A DNA stretch of 29,644 bases from the IMG/VR virus record IMGVR_UViG_3300020180_000092, positions 1-29,644 of that record; one strand, given 5' to 3'. The position numbers and the translations under genes are program-made. Numbering within the stretch: the first letter of the stretch is position 1; each line of letters starts with the position of its first letter. The notes beneath the pieces are model-generated. The model ran no database searches. It saw nothing but the letters and a program-made list of their open reading frames with translations, and was not told the DNA's origin. The DNA is from a virus (taxonomy: Duplodnaviria; Caudoviricetes). Positions 16,184 through 25,092 of this stretch are shown here, in pieces.

Positions 16184-16681
16184 ATGCGAAACATCATTAG
16201 TTCCGAGGGTGATTACAACGAATGGGCACTGAAAGTGGCCGAACTAAAAGAGCAGAACAAACAATTCACAGCTGAGAATACTTCACTACTCGAAAGAGTA
16301 GAAGGGAATCAGGTTATCTTTAATGCTTCACAGAAGCAAGTAGATGATCTTGAGAATAGAACGAGGGTACTACAACTGGAAGTATCACAATTTGAAGCCG
16401 AGAAACAAGTTAAAGATAACGAGGTTAGTGAGAAACAGTTAGAGTTAGAGGCTATTAATAAGAGTCTAACAGAAATTGGTCAAAAGTTAGTTTTAACAGA
16501 GCATAAACTACTCGATCTGGATAAGGAAATCTCTAGCAAGACATACGAACTAACAGAGCGTGAGAAAAGTGTAAAGATGAATGAGGTTACATTATCTGAC
16601 TACAAGCGTGAACTCGATCTCCAGAAGGGCTTACTAGAAAAAAGAGAAAGAATTTTAATTATGGAAGCACAGGCGAAGTAA
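16184..16681 (+). CDS. Coiled-coil protein A2
   Basis: Heptad-rich; EKSVKMNEVTLSDYKRE...KRERILIM aligns with A1. Confidence 0.75.
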   Translation: MRNIISSEGDYNEWALKVAELKEQNKQFTAENTSLLERVEGNQVIFNASQKQVDDLENRTRVLQLEVSQFEAEKQVKDNEVSEKQLELEAINKSLTEIGQKLVLTEHKLLDLDKEISSKTYELTEREKSVKMNEVTLSDYKRELDLQKGLLEKRERILIMEAQAK

Positions 16682-16682
16682 T

Positions 16683-18098
16683 ATGCCTACTGAGCAACAG
16701 CATACAAAACTGATAGACGGTCTTAATGCTAACGTCTGGGCAACAATCTCTCAGAGAGGCGCCAAGGGGGTAGTTTCAACGGAGTTAGTAGATGCTTCTG
16801 GTAATCCTATTACTTCATTTGGGGGCGGTACTCAATATGTAGAGGGCGCTACAAGTGCCTCAATGACTGGTACAGTGGCTATGGGCGAGTCGACAGGGAA
16901 TGCAATTCAGCCTCTCCAGTTGGATGGATCTAATAATCTGAAAGTTAATATTGCTGCTGGTAGCTCTTCAGGTACCCAATACACCGAGGATGCAGTAGCT
17001 GCAACTGATCCGATTGGTACGGCATTAAATTTAATTAGAGCAGATGCGCTAGGTGCGGCTGTCAGTGCAGATGGTGACAATGTCGCTGCAAGAGGAACTG
17101 GTAAAGGTGAATTATATGTAAAGCATGTAGACTCTATCCCTATTACAGATAACTCTGGCTCGCTAACAGTCGATGCACCAGTTGGTACACCTGCTTTTGT
17201 TAGGCTGTCTGATGGTACCTCTGCAATAGCGACATTACCGATTTCAGATAACTCTGGTTCGCTAACAGTCGATGCACCAGTTGGCACGCCTGCTTTTGTT
17301 AGGTTATCTGATGGTACTTCTGCAATAGCGACATTGCCTATTTCAGTTGCAAGTGTCCCGAGTCACCCTGTTACTAACGCAGGTACTTTCGCAGTACAAG
17401 AGAACGGCGCATCACTCACCGCCTTGCAATTACTCGATAATATCGTATCTGGTGCAGGAGCAAATATTAGCCAGATGAATGGCGTGGCAGTGACAATGGG
17501 TAACGGCGGCTCTGGAACTGGTGTTCAAAGGGTTACAATGGCGAGTGATTCTACTGGTATATTAGCAACTGTGACAACTGTGTCCACAGTTACTACTGTT
17601 TCAACTCTAACAGGTGCAAGTGTTGCACACGACGGCGTTGACTCTGGCAATCCACACAAGATGGGGGCAAGAGCTACCAATGTTGATATAGCTGCAGTGG
17701 CTAATAACGATAGGACAGATCTGGTTGCCACGTTAACAGGTAAACAGATTGTGCAGCCTTACGCTGCACCAGAGAACTATATAAGTGGCAACATTACCAG
17801 TGCTATGACTGGGACTACATCGACTTTATTAATAGCAGCGCCTGGTGCTGGTCTTAGAAATAATATTACTAATATAACAGTGTCTAATGCCCATGCTACA
17901 GTAGGGACTGATATTATCTTTCAAGATGGTGATGGCGGCACGGTACTAACATTATCACCTGCTGGCGCTAATTATGGCGGTGCTGCAATTAGTTTTAATG
18001 TGGCGTTAAGACAATCTCTTAACACAGCCTTGTTTTGCGCAAATGTGACAACAGGCGCTAGCACTAAGGTGTCAGTAGTAGGTTACAGATCTGCTTAA
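16683..18098 (+). CDS. Fibre-like structural protein B2
   Basis: 471 aa rich in Gly/Ala/Thr/Ser; internal 33-aa duplication; C-terminal beta domain. Confidence 0.7.
   Translation: MPTEQQHTKLIDGLNANVWATISQRGAKGVVSTELVDASGNPITSFGGGTQYVEGATSASMTGTVAMGESTGNAIQPLQLDGSNNLKVNIAAGSSSGTQYTEDAVAATDPIGTALNLIRADALGAAVSADGDNVAARGTGKGELYVKHVDSIPITDNSGSLTVDAPVGTPAFVRLSDGTSAIATLPISDNSGSLTVDAPVGTPAFVRLSDGTSAIATLPISVASVPSHPVTNAGTFAVQENGASLTALQLLDNIVSGAGANISQMNGVAVTMGNGGSGTGVQRVTMASDSTGILATVTTVSTVTTVSTLTGASVAHDGVDSGNPHKMGARATNVDIAAVANNDRTDLVATLTGKQIVQPYAAPENYISGNITSAMTGTTSTLLIAAPGAGLRNNITNITVSNAHATVGTDIIFQDGDGGTVLTLSPAGANYGGAAISFNVALRQSLNTALFCANVTTGASTKVSVVGYRSA
17139..17345 (+). repeat. 99-nt (33-aa) in-frame tandem duplication
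   Basis: PI(T/S)DNSGSLTVDAPVGTPAFVRLSDGTSAIATL at 17139-17237 and 17238-17336, then PIS; differences are mostly synonymous. Confidence 0.92.
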
Positions 18099-18124
18099 TA
18101 TAGCTATTAAAGGTATAAGAAATA

Positions 18125-19084
18125 ATGGTATTTGATAAAACATGGTTTATAAAAAACCAGAACGCCTTACTACTCTTTGCAAATTCTTTTATTGGGCATT
18201 TGGTACTCCGTATAGATAGTAGGCAAAGGATTGATGCAATTCTACCTAACGCAATCTTTACTTTTGGGGATAACGGAAATGTAAAGGGTGTATTTAGAAC
18301 GCATGATAAATACTCGAAACGATTGTATTATGGCCTTAAACCTTTTTGGCAGGTCCTACACACTCTGGATATATTATTTAGTAAACTGGGAGCTAATATC
18401 AACTTTGGTTTTGATACGTTAACTGCTTATCCAGCTGCTGGTTCTGGGGGTACTACGGTGGACGGAAATACAGCAAGAGTGTCTATAGACGAGACATTTG
18501 CAACTATCAGGGCTGGTGCTGGGAACCAAGCTGTCAAAACAACAACATTCGACTCTGTTACTAGACTTGCTGGGTCTACAACATCAAATCAATTTGCTGG
18601 GCTAAATCGTCCAATCTACACGTTTGATACCACTATAGTAAGTGGTACTATTAATTCCTCAACATTCTCACTATTTATAAATGAAAAACAGAATGGTGTG
18701 GGTGACGATGGTCTACATGTGGTAAGCGCAACACCTGCAAGTAATAACGACTTAGTCAACGCAGACTTTACCACACTGGGTTCTACCACATTTGGTTCGG
18801 TCACTTACGCAGGTGTTACAACTGGTGCTTATGTTGATATAACACTAAATGCGAACGGCAGGGCTAATGTTACACTTGGAGGCATTAGTAGATTTGGTGC
18901 TAGGGGTGCTTGGGATTTTAATAATTCGTTTACTGGGGTATGGGCAAGTGGTGGGGAATCAAGACTGCTAGGGTATTACGCTGATGAGGCTGGAACGTCC
19001 AGTGATCCGAAGCTCTTTGTAGATTACACACCTGCTGGCGGAGTTCTTCCTAGGCGCTTGGGTCTATTGGGGGTGGGACGATGA
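18125..19084 (+). CDS. Putative virion protein with DNRLRE/CBM96-like beta-sandwich domain
   Basis: RPIYTFD, STFSLF, YVDITL and DPKLFVDY follow that domain's pattern; distinct basic/aromatic ~97-aa N-terminus. Confidence 0.6.
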   Translation: MVFDKTWFIKNQNALLLFANSFIGHLVLRIDSRQRIDAILPNAIFTFGDNGNVKGVFRTHDKYSKRLYYGLKPFWQVLHTLDILFSKLGANINFGFDTLTAYPAAGSGGTTVDGNTARVSIDETFATIRAGAGNQAVKTTTFDSVTRLAGSTTSNQFAGLNRPIYTFDTTIVSGTINSSTFSLFINEKQNGVGDDGLHVVSATPASNNDLVNADFTTLGSTTFGSVTYAGVTTGAYVDITLNANGRANVTLGGISRFGARGAWDFNNSFTGVWASGGESRLLGYYADEAGTSSDPKLFVDYTPAGGVLPRRLGLLGVGR

Positions 19085-19097
19085 TAAGCACAAGAAA

Positions 19098-19126
19098 TTG
19101 ATATCTTGTAGACAAAACAGTAGAAT
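19098..19126 (+). promoter_or_regulatory. Putative sigma70 promoter for the tail module
   Basis: TTGATA at 19098-19103, 17 nt, TAGAAT at 19121-19126 in an intergenic gap. Confidence 0.6.
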
Positions 19127-19152
19127 GAGTTAATTAACCTAGATGACGCACG

Positions 19153-19263
19153 ATGGATAACCCAACTGCAGAAAAAGAAAAGGTGTCTCTATTAGCGCAG
19201 GATAAACCTTTAACAGTAGGGGAGAAGCGGGCCAGATTAGATCGGTTACTAGAAAAGCTCTGA
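19153..19263 (+). CDS. Small hypothetical protein (36 aa)
   Basis: Hand-translated MDNPTAEKEKVSLLAQDKPLTVGEKRARLDRLLEKL*, just downstream of the promoter. Confidence 0.45.
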   Translation: MDNPTAEKEKVSLLAQDKPLTVGEKRARLDRLLEKL

Positions 19264-19330
19264 CTTCTACAGACTGAACACGGTACGGTTTTATGTCCTG
19301 TTATGCGGATAGAGGCACGTTCAACAGACT

Positions 19331-19516
19331 ATGCCAACACTAACTGACTACACTACGACATCTACAACACTAACAGACTACGCAGGCGTGAATCCCATGT
19401 GGTGCTCTAATGATTATTGGTGCAACGTCTCATTTTGGTGCCTAGACTTTGCCTCACCTTTAACTGATTACTCTGGATCTTCTACTAATCTAACCGATTA
19501 CACATATGGCAGCTAG
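19331..19516 (+). CDS. Small repeat protein (4 x LTDY, 3 x WC)
   Basis: 61 aa; overlaps the start of the tail fibre gene. Confidence 0.7.
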   Translation: MPTLTDYTTTSTTLTDYAGVNPMWCSNDYWCNVSFWCLDFASPLTDYSGSSTNLTDYTYGS

Positions 19517-20405
19517 TTTTCCAATAAGCATAGTAACACACAGTGATTTGATTTGTGGGGACGCTAGACTCCCTAAAGATCAGGTTAATGATGTCTTTGA
19601 TGAGGTCATCGCTATCGAGGCAGCACTTGGTATTCCTGGAAGTGCCGTAGCCTCTAGTTTGGATTATGTGGTTAAGAATACTGTAGGAGGACATAGGCAT
19701 AGTGGGGCAGATAGTCGCAAAGTCTTAGCTACTAATCTAGATGTGGCTTCTTTGACCTCTAATCAGTTACTAAGAGTAAGTAGTGGTGGAACTGCCGTAG
19801 AATCTAGTGGCAAGATAGCACCAGTTGGCGTGATTATAGGTGATACAGACACTCAGACTCTAACGAGCAAGACACTGACTCAGCCAACAGTAACTTTAAA
19901 ACAGAGTACCACGCCAACACCCACCGCAGAGGGAGATATACAATGGAATACAAATGACAATGCTTTAATGGTTGGAGATGGGGTCAATACCTTACGAACC
20001 GACTTTGGTGTATGGAGGACTTGGGTTCCCACGTTTACTAATCTTTCTGGGGGGACGTTGAACTCTGCAAGATATGCCCAACATGGGAGGACAGTGCACA
20101 TTATGATCACCTACACTCTAGGAGGAGCTGGGGTATCAGGCTCCGTATCTTTTACGCCACCTATTAACCTTAATAGTAATTGGGCTAGTGTAGTTGGGTT
20201 CGCGCCAATCGGTCATGTGGGTATTGAGGATTTTGGGACTACCACCTACCTCGGCGTGGTTGGAGTATTAAGTGTGTCATCGTTGCGTTTGTACGTCCTT
20301 AACTCTGCTAGTACATACACAACCGAGAATCAATTATCTGCCACAGTACCAATGACTTTTGCAACTAGTGATAAGTTATTTATAACTGGTACCTATGAAA
20401 TTTAA
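19506..20405 (+). CDS. Tail fibre protein
   Basis: VIAIEAALG anchor, DTQTLTSKTL shaft motif, C-terminal WVPT...ARYAQHGRTVHI...ITGTYEI tip domain. Confidence 0.75.
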   Translation: MAASFPISIVTHSDLICGDARLPKDQVNDVFDEVIAIEAALGIPGSAVASSLDYVVKNTVGGHRHSGADSRKVLATNLDVASLTSNQLLRVSSGGTAVESSGKIAPVGVIIGDTDTQTLTSKTLTQPTVTLKQSTTPTPTAEGDIQWNTNDNALMVGDGVNTLRTDFGVWRTWVPTFTNLSGGTLNSARYAQHGRTVHIMITYTLGGAGVSGSVSFTPPINLNSNWASVVGFAPIGHVGIEDFGTTTYLGVVGVLSVSSLRLYVLNSASTYTTENQLSATVPMTFATSDKLFITGTYEI

Positions 20406-20426
20406 CTAAATAGAATATATTAAATT

Positions 20427-21359
20427 ATGAGTTTGACTTTATTAGAGATGAAGAGAAGAGCAGGGAAGATTCTGCAGATCTACTCTACAGCAGGTGGGTG
20501 GTTGACTAATCGAGGAGTAGCAGAGGTCGATATTGAGGAGATCGCAAACGACACATATAGGAACGACATCTTTCCGTTATTCGCTCCACACAATCCGTCT
20601 GATTTTAGAAGAGTTGGCTATGCAGACAACTGGGTTGCAAATGGAACTGTATCGGCATCTAGCACGGCATCCACGCTAGTAGCGACCACTGCAATCTTTA
20701 ACGCTTCTATGGTTGGGCTAACGGTAAACAATAGCACTGATAGTGTTAGTGCAGTAATTACAGCATTTACCAGTACTACAACCGTAACAGTAGATGTAGT
20801 GATTGGAGATACTTGGGACGGCAACAGTATTTTTGTACTAGGCAAAGAGTTTAGTTTTGGGGGAGATGGGAATGATATATGGATGATCGAAACTGTAGCT
20901 GCTAAATATAGTGATACTGCGACATATAAAACAGTCTTTAGTAAGGGTCTTAAGCACGATATATACCAACAGGGTAATGAGTCAGGGTCGGATGGTTATC
21001 CTGTATTTTACACAACTAATCTCACGGTAAATGGTGTTGATGTTTTAGGAATAGGAATAGAACCAAGGTTTAAATCAAAAATATCTCAGGCATTTGAAAT
21101 AAACTACATACAATTACCAGCAGCGATGACTGATGCTTCCACGTTGAGGATACCTCATCTAGATCTGGCTTTAATTGATGCTATGGTCAGCCGAGGATAC
21201 GACTTGAAACAAGATAGTAAAAGAGCGCAGATGTGGTGGGATAGGTATGAAAAGAAAAGAATGGATGCATTTATTAGATATGCTCCTAACTCATTTAATC
21301 CCACGATGGGAACAGCTCTACCTAGGCACATAAGTGCTATAGCAAGGAGAACAAGATAA
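20427..21359 (+). CDS. Head-tail adaptor protein with inserted beta domain
   Basis: N-terminal TLLEMKRRA helix, IEP...INY..LP..M and a C-terminal helical hairpin typical of podovirus adaptors; synteny. Confidence 0.7.
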   Translation: MSLTLLEMKRRAGKILQIYSTAGGWLTNRGVAEVDIEEIANDTYRNDIFPLFAPHNPSDFRRVGYADNWVANGTVSASSTASTLVATTAIFNASMVGLTVNNSTDSVSAVITAFTSTTTVTVDVVIGDTWDGNSIFVLGKEFSFGGDGNDIWMIETVAAKYSDTATYKTVFSKGLKHDIYQQGNESGSDGYPVFYTTNLTVNGVDVLGIGIEPRFKSKISQAFEINYIQLPAAMTDASTLRIPHLDLALIDAMVSRGYDLKQDSKRAQMWWDRYEKKRMDAFIRYAPNSFNPTMGTALPRHISAIARRTR

Positions 21360-22042
21360 TGGCTAATCTTTACCAATTAATAAGGGACGTATCAGGTAAG
21401 GCCCAACTCAAGGGGGGGACAGACTATGCTAAGCAAAAAGAACTATACTCACGTCTTGGCTCGCCTCAAGGCAATTACGCAGGTACAAGGGGTCAGAATA
21501 TGTTCTTATTGCAACAGATTGCTAAGGGTAATTTCGGGCTAGGTCAAGCAGCGCCTGCGGCTCCTCAACAAGCAGATACTCAAGCACTTGCAGGTACGGC
21601 GCCACAATTGAGAAAATCCTTCAATGAGGTTCTACCATTCGATACCGTCTTTAATGATAACTTGGTGACTGGATTAGCTGAGTCTCAGATAAATCCAGAG
21701 ATACAAAGACAGTCTTACGACTCCATGAACAACTTGAATCGTAATCTTGCGCAGAGTGGCGCTTATAGAACTGGTGGTGCTAATTATCAACGAGGATCAT
21801 TATCAGACGCGTATGAAAGGCAGAGGAAGGAGCAAGTGGGACAATTCTCTGGACAGATTAAGAACTACGCAACAGATTGGTATAATAGACAATACGAGGA
21901 CTACAACAAGAATCCAGCTATGTTTGCGATGCCTTCTGTACCCTCTGCAAATGAGTTCTTAAAGACTAATCCAGGGTTAGCGCAACAGTATAATCAACAA
22001 ACCAGTGCTCCAACTACTTATACTAATCCATATAAATTCTAA
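21359..22042 (+). CDS. Probable internal virion/ejection protein 1
   Basis: Gln/Asn/Gly/Ala-rich helical protein; LAQSGAYRTG motif; N-terminal YAGTRGQN..LL motif. Confidence 0.6.
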   Translation: MANLYQLIRDVSGKAQLKGGTDYAKQKELYSRLGSPQGNYAGTRGQNMFLLQQIAKGNFGLGQAAPAAPQQADTQALAGTAPQLRKSFNEVLPFDTVFNDNLVTGLAESQINPEIQRQSYDSMNNLNRNLAQSGAYRTGGANYQRGSLSDAYERQRKEQVGQFSGQIKNYATDWYNRQYEDYNKNPAMFAMPSVPSANEFLKTNPGLAQQYNQQTSAPTTYTNPYKF

Positions 22043-22044
22043 AG

Positions 22045-22908
22045 ATGCCAAACACACAACAGGAATATAACGACACTAGATCTCAGGCTGATAATGTTTT
22101 CAAGCAATACCAGTCAATGGGGGATTTGCCAGATTTTAAGAACCAAATAACACAGCTATACGACACTCCAGTCTTGAGACCACTAGTAAACGAAAGGGCG
22201 GGACTTGAGTCTCAATACTTACCATCTCTATTTGATCCATTTACAAAGATGGGAACTGGGGCATCTGATATGTCACCTGCTGCTAAATTGTCATTATTGG
22301 GTGGTTCTCTTGGTAGACTGACTAGTCGCATTGGTGCTAATCAGGGTATACAAAACTACTATGGCGCGCAGATCGACAACCTAGCTGAGACTGAAAGAGG
22401 GAAGTTCCAAGATAAGAGGCAGAATTTTATGACTCAGTACGATGTACTAAACAACAGAGCAGGGCAACTACAACAACAACTACAATCACAGAGGGCAAGG
22501 GCAGCTCAGAATAATTCAGCAAGAACTCAGGCAGACCAATATAGAAGGATGCAGGAGATAATAGCAGAAAGAAACAGACGGTCTGGACTAATAGACCAAG
22601 GTCGTAATGCGCAAGGGATTGCCGAACAAGCAGCAGCACAACAAGGGGCGATGAGTGGAGGCAATGGGGCGGCTGATGCAATGGGGAATCCAATGTACCA
22701 GACTATTGCTGGTCTTAGGGCAGGACAAAGAAACGCAGCTGATATTTACAGCCAGTATAGTGGGGGTAGGAGCATGGGTAATGGTTTGGCGGATCGCGCT
22801 CGTGCCTTCATCGCTGACCCTGGCTCTGCAGCTAGGGCGAACATAGAGGGCTCTCTTGACTTTCTTAGAGGCACTGTTCCAGATAAATTTTACGATAGAG
22901 CATATTAA
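22045..22908 (+). CDS. Probable internal virion/ejection protein 2
   Basis: Gln/Ala/Gly-rich, no Cys, middle gene of three of increasing size. Confidence 0.6.
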   Translation: MPNTQQEYNDTRSQADNVFKQYQSMGDLPDFKNQITQLYDTPVLRPLVNERAGLESQYLPSLFDPFTKMGTGASDMSPAAKLSLLGGSLGRLTSRIGANQGIQNYYGAQIDNLAETERGKFQDKRQNFMTQYDVLNNRAGQLQQQLQSQRARAAQNNSARTQADQYRRMQEIIAERNRRSGLIDQGRNAQGIAEQAAAQQGAMSGGNGAADAMGNPMYQTIAGLRAGQRNAADIYSQYSGGRSMGNGLADRARAFIADPGSAARANIEGSLDFLRGTVPDKFYDRAY

Positions 22909-22911
22909 ACT

Positions 22912-25092
22912 ATGGCAAGACCCACAAGACCAGATTACGGACTTCTTGGTAACTTAGCAGATGGGATACTTAGACCATTAGTAGATCCATTTCTATCTAT
23001 GGCTGAATTTGCAAATGCAGGTATTTACGCAGCTGGGGATGGGAAGATAAGCGGTTATAAGCCAAGGTTCCAATACGATGATTTATATACCGACCCTGTA
23101 GGGACTGGTGTTAGACAAACTGCAGGGTTTGGGGCTTCATTATTACCTGGGACAAAGTTCGGATCTACGGTTGCTGGTTTAGCAGCGAGTGGTGCTGGAT
23201 CAGGTTTCGCTAACTCCGATTTCGAAGATCCAACTGACATCCTAAGAAATGTTGGAATGGGCGCTGCGATTGGTGGTGTCACTGGTGTTGCCTCTAAAGC
23301 TCTAAGTAAGCAATTTAATAAATTGACACCACGTGGCAGAGCAGCGAACGCACTGCGGAATGCTGGTCTAATAGATGACGCTGGTAATACAATTAATAAC
23401 ACAGGCGGTAAAGGTGTTATTAAAGCATCTGGCGATAAGTACAACTCTTTACTGGAGGGTATTGGTCGTATAGATGATCCAGAGCAACAGAAGTTATTAG
23501 CTTCGCAATTCTTGAACTACACACCTAATAATGCAAAGTTAACTAATAGTTCCGATGCAATCGCTAGGAGTATATATGGGGCCGACGAGGCATTGCTTGG
23601 CAATGAGAGTAGAGGGGTTGGACAGAAACTTATTAACCAAGGACGCGATATGCAATACAGGGGTAGTGGTCTTGGGTTCTCATCTAAGCGAGGGTTAGAC
23701 TTTACTGGAGCCTACAAAGGCGACACGAAAGCCCTTGATAAGATGTATAAATTAACAGGGGCTGGCGATAAGGGGATAGGACCAGAAACGATAAGTAAAT
23801 TGGCCGAGGGAATGGGTAACCTGAGAGATAATGAACTTGCAGGATTGACAATTAATTCTAATATAAACGACTTAGTCGACGAGGTGGCACCTAGAGTTGC
23901 AAAACTACAAGGAATACAACTGTCAAAGACTAGGGGGTTAGTTAGAGATGCTTTGCTAAATTCTGTAGAAATGCCTGACTCTATTCTGAGGAATGTGGAC
24001 GCTTACATTAACAGCCGAGTACCACTGTCTGCAGGCGATTTCCACGATCTCTCTATCCAATTCGGGCCGATGGCTCGCAAGGTCGCAAGGAGTGTTAATC
24101 CAGTCTCAAATGAGGCTCAGATCTCAAAAGTAATTAGTGATGTATCTAAAGGCAAACTTAAAGCAGCATCTCCATTATACAAAGATATTAACCGAGCGTA
24201 CGTAGCTTTATATGATCAGCTACCTGGTATGGTAAAAGCTGCGAATAGGGGGCAGATATCAGTTACAGGCGGACGAGCAGAGTTACTAGCACAGGCCCAA
24301 CCGTTTCTAGAAAGAACTGCAGGAAGAGGTATGGAGAAAGTCGGTAAGGTCCTGTCTGGGATGGGAGACAGTAACTTGATTAATAAGACGAGTGATGTAC
24401 TATCAAATCAAGCAGCTAAGCCACTCTTAAATTCGGCTTTAATTAATACTTTAACTAGATCTGGAGAAAACATGGGACCACAAGACCAAGATAGTTTAGA
24501 CATGGGTTATATGGAGGATGGGCAATCAGATCCACGTGCAGCATTAAATAGTATTAACTCAGCAGGGGGGACACAGATGACTCCTGATCTGGTTATGGAA
24601 TTTATCAATGCTGGAATAGATCCGAAGAATATCCAGGGATTTATGAGCCTGCAGTCTGCATTCGAGCCTGCTAAAGCTAGGTCACTGAGTGCTAATGCGC
24701 AGTCGCAATTAAACGACATACAGACAACAGATCGTGATCTGCAAGGCTTGCAACAAGACATCACTGGACAGTACGCCAATAGATTCGGACCAATCCAAGG
24801 TGGCATCTTGGGAGACTTAATCGGGAATCTGGGACTAGATCCTGAAGGGGATGCATTAAGGATGCGGATAGGTCTACTTTCTCAGAATGTTGCCAAATCT
24901 GCAGAAGGTGGTAGGGTAACAGATAAAGATAGGGAATACTATTTGAGTCTACTACCTAATCGGAGAGATAGTACTGCAACTGCGCTCGCAAAGACTACAT
25001 CTCTAAGAGAGATGTTAGCTAATAGATACCAGAATACATCGCGAGGATTTCAAGGAGCAGGGTATGACATAGGTGATCAATATGGCAATTAA
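22912..25092 (+). CDS. Probable large ejection (DNA pilot) protein
   Basis: 726 aa; Gly/Ala-rich hydrophobic segments (GMGAAIGGVTG); C-terminal GRVTDKD motif. Confidence 0.65.
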   Translation: MARPTRPDYGLLGNLADGILRPLVDPFLSMAEFANAGIYAAGDGKISGYKPRFQYDDLYTDPVGTGVRQTAGFGASLLPGTKFGSTVAGLAASGAGSGFANSDFEDPTDILRNVGMGAAIGGVTGVASKALSKQFNKLTPRGRAANALRNAGLIDDAGNTINNTGGKGVIKASGDKYNSLLEGIGRIDDPEQQKLLASQFLNYTPNNAKLTNSSDAIARSIYGADEALLGNESRGVGQKLINQGRDMQYRGSGLGFSSKRGLDFTGAYKGDTKALDKMYKLTGAGDKGIGPETISKLAEGMGNLRDNELAGLTINSNINDLVDEVAPRVAKLQGIQLSKTRGLVRDALLNSVEMPDSILRNVDAYINSRVPLSAGDFHDLSIQFGPMARKVARSVNPVSNEAQISKVISDVSKGKLKAASPLYKDINRAYVALYDQLPGMVKAANRGQISVTGGRAELLAQAQPFLERTAGRGMEKVGKVLSGMGDSNLINKTSDVLSNQAAKPLLNSALINTLTRSGENMGPQDQDSLDMGYMEDGQSDPRAALNSINSAGGTQMTPDLVMEFINAGIDPKNIQGFMSLQSAFEPAKARSLSANAQSQLNDIQTTDRDLQGLQQDITGQYANRFGPIQGGILGDLIGNLGLDPEGDALRMRIGLLSQNVAKSAEGGRVTDKDREYYLSLLPNRRDSTATALAKTTSLREMLANRYQNTSRGFQGAGYDIGDQYGN

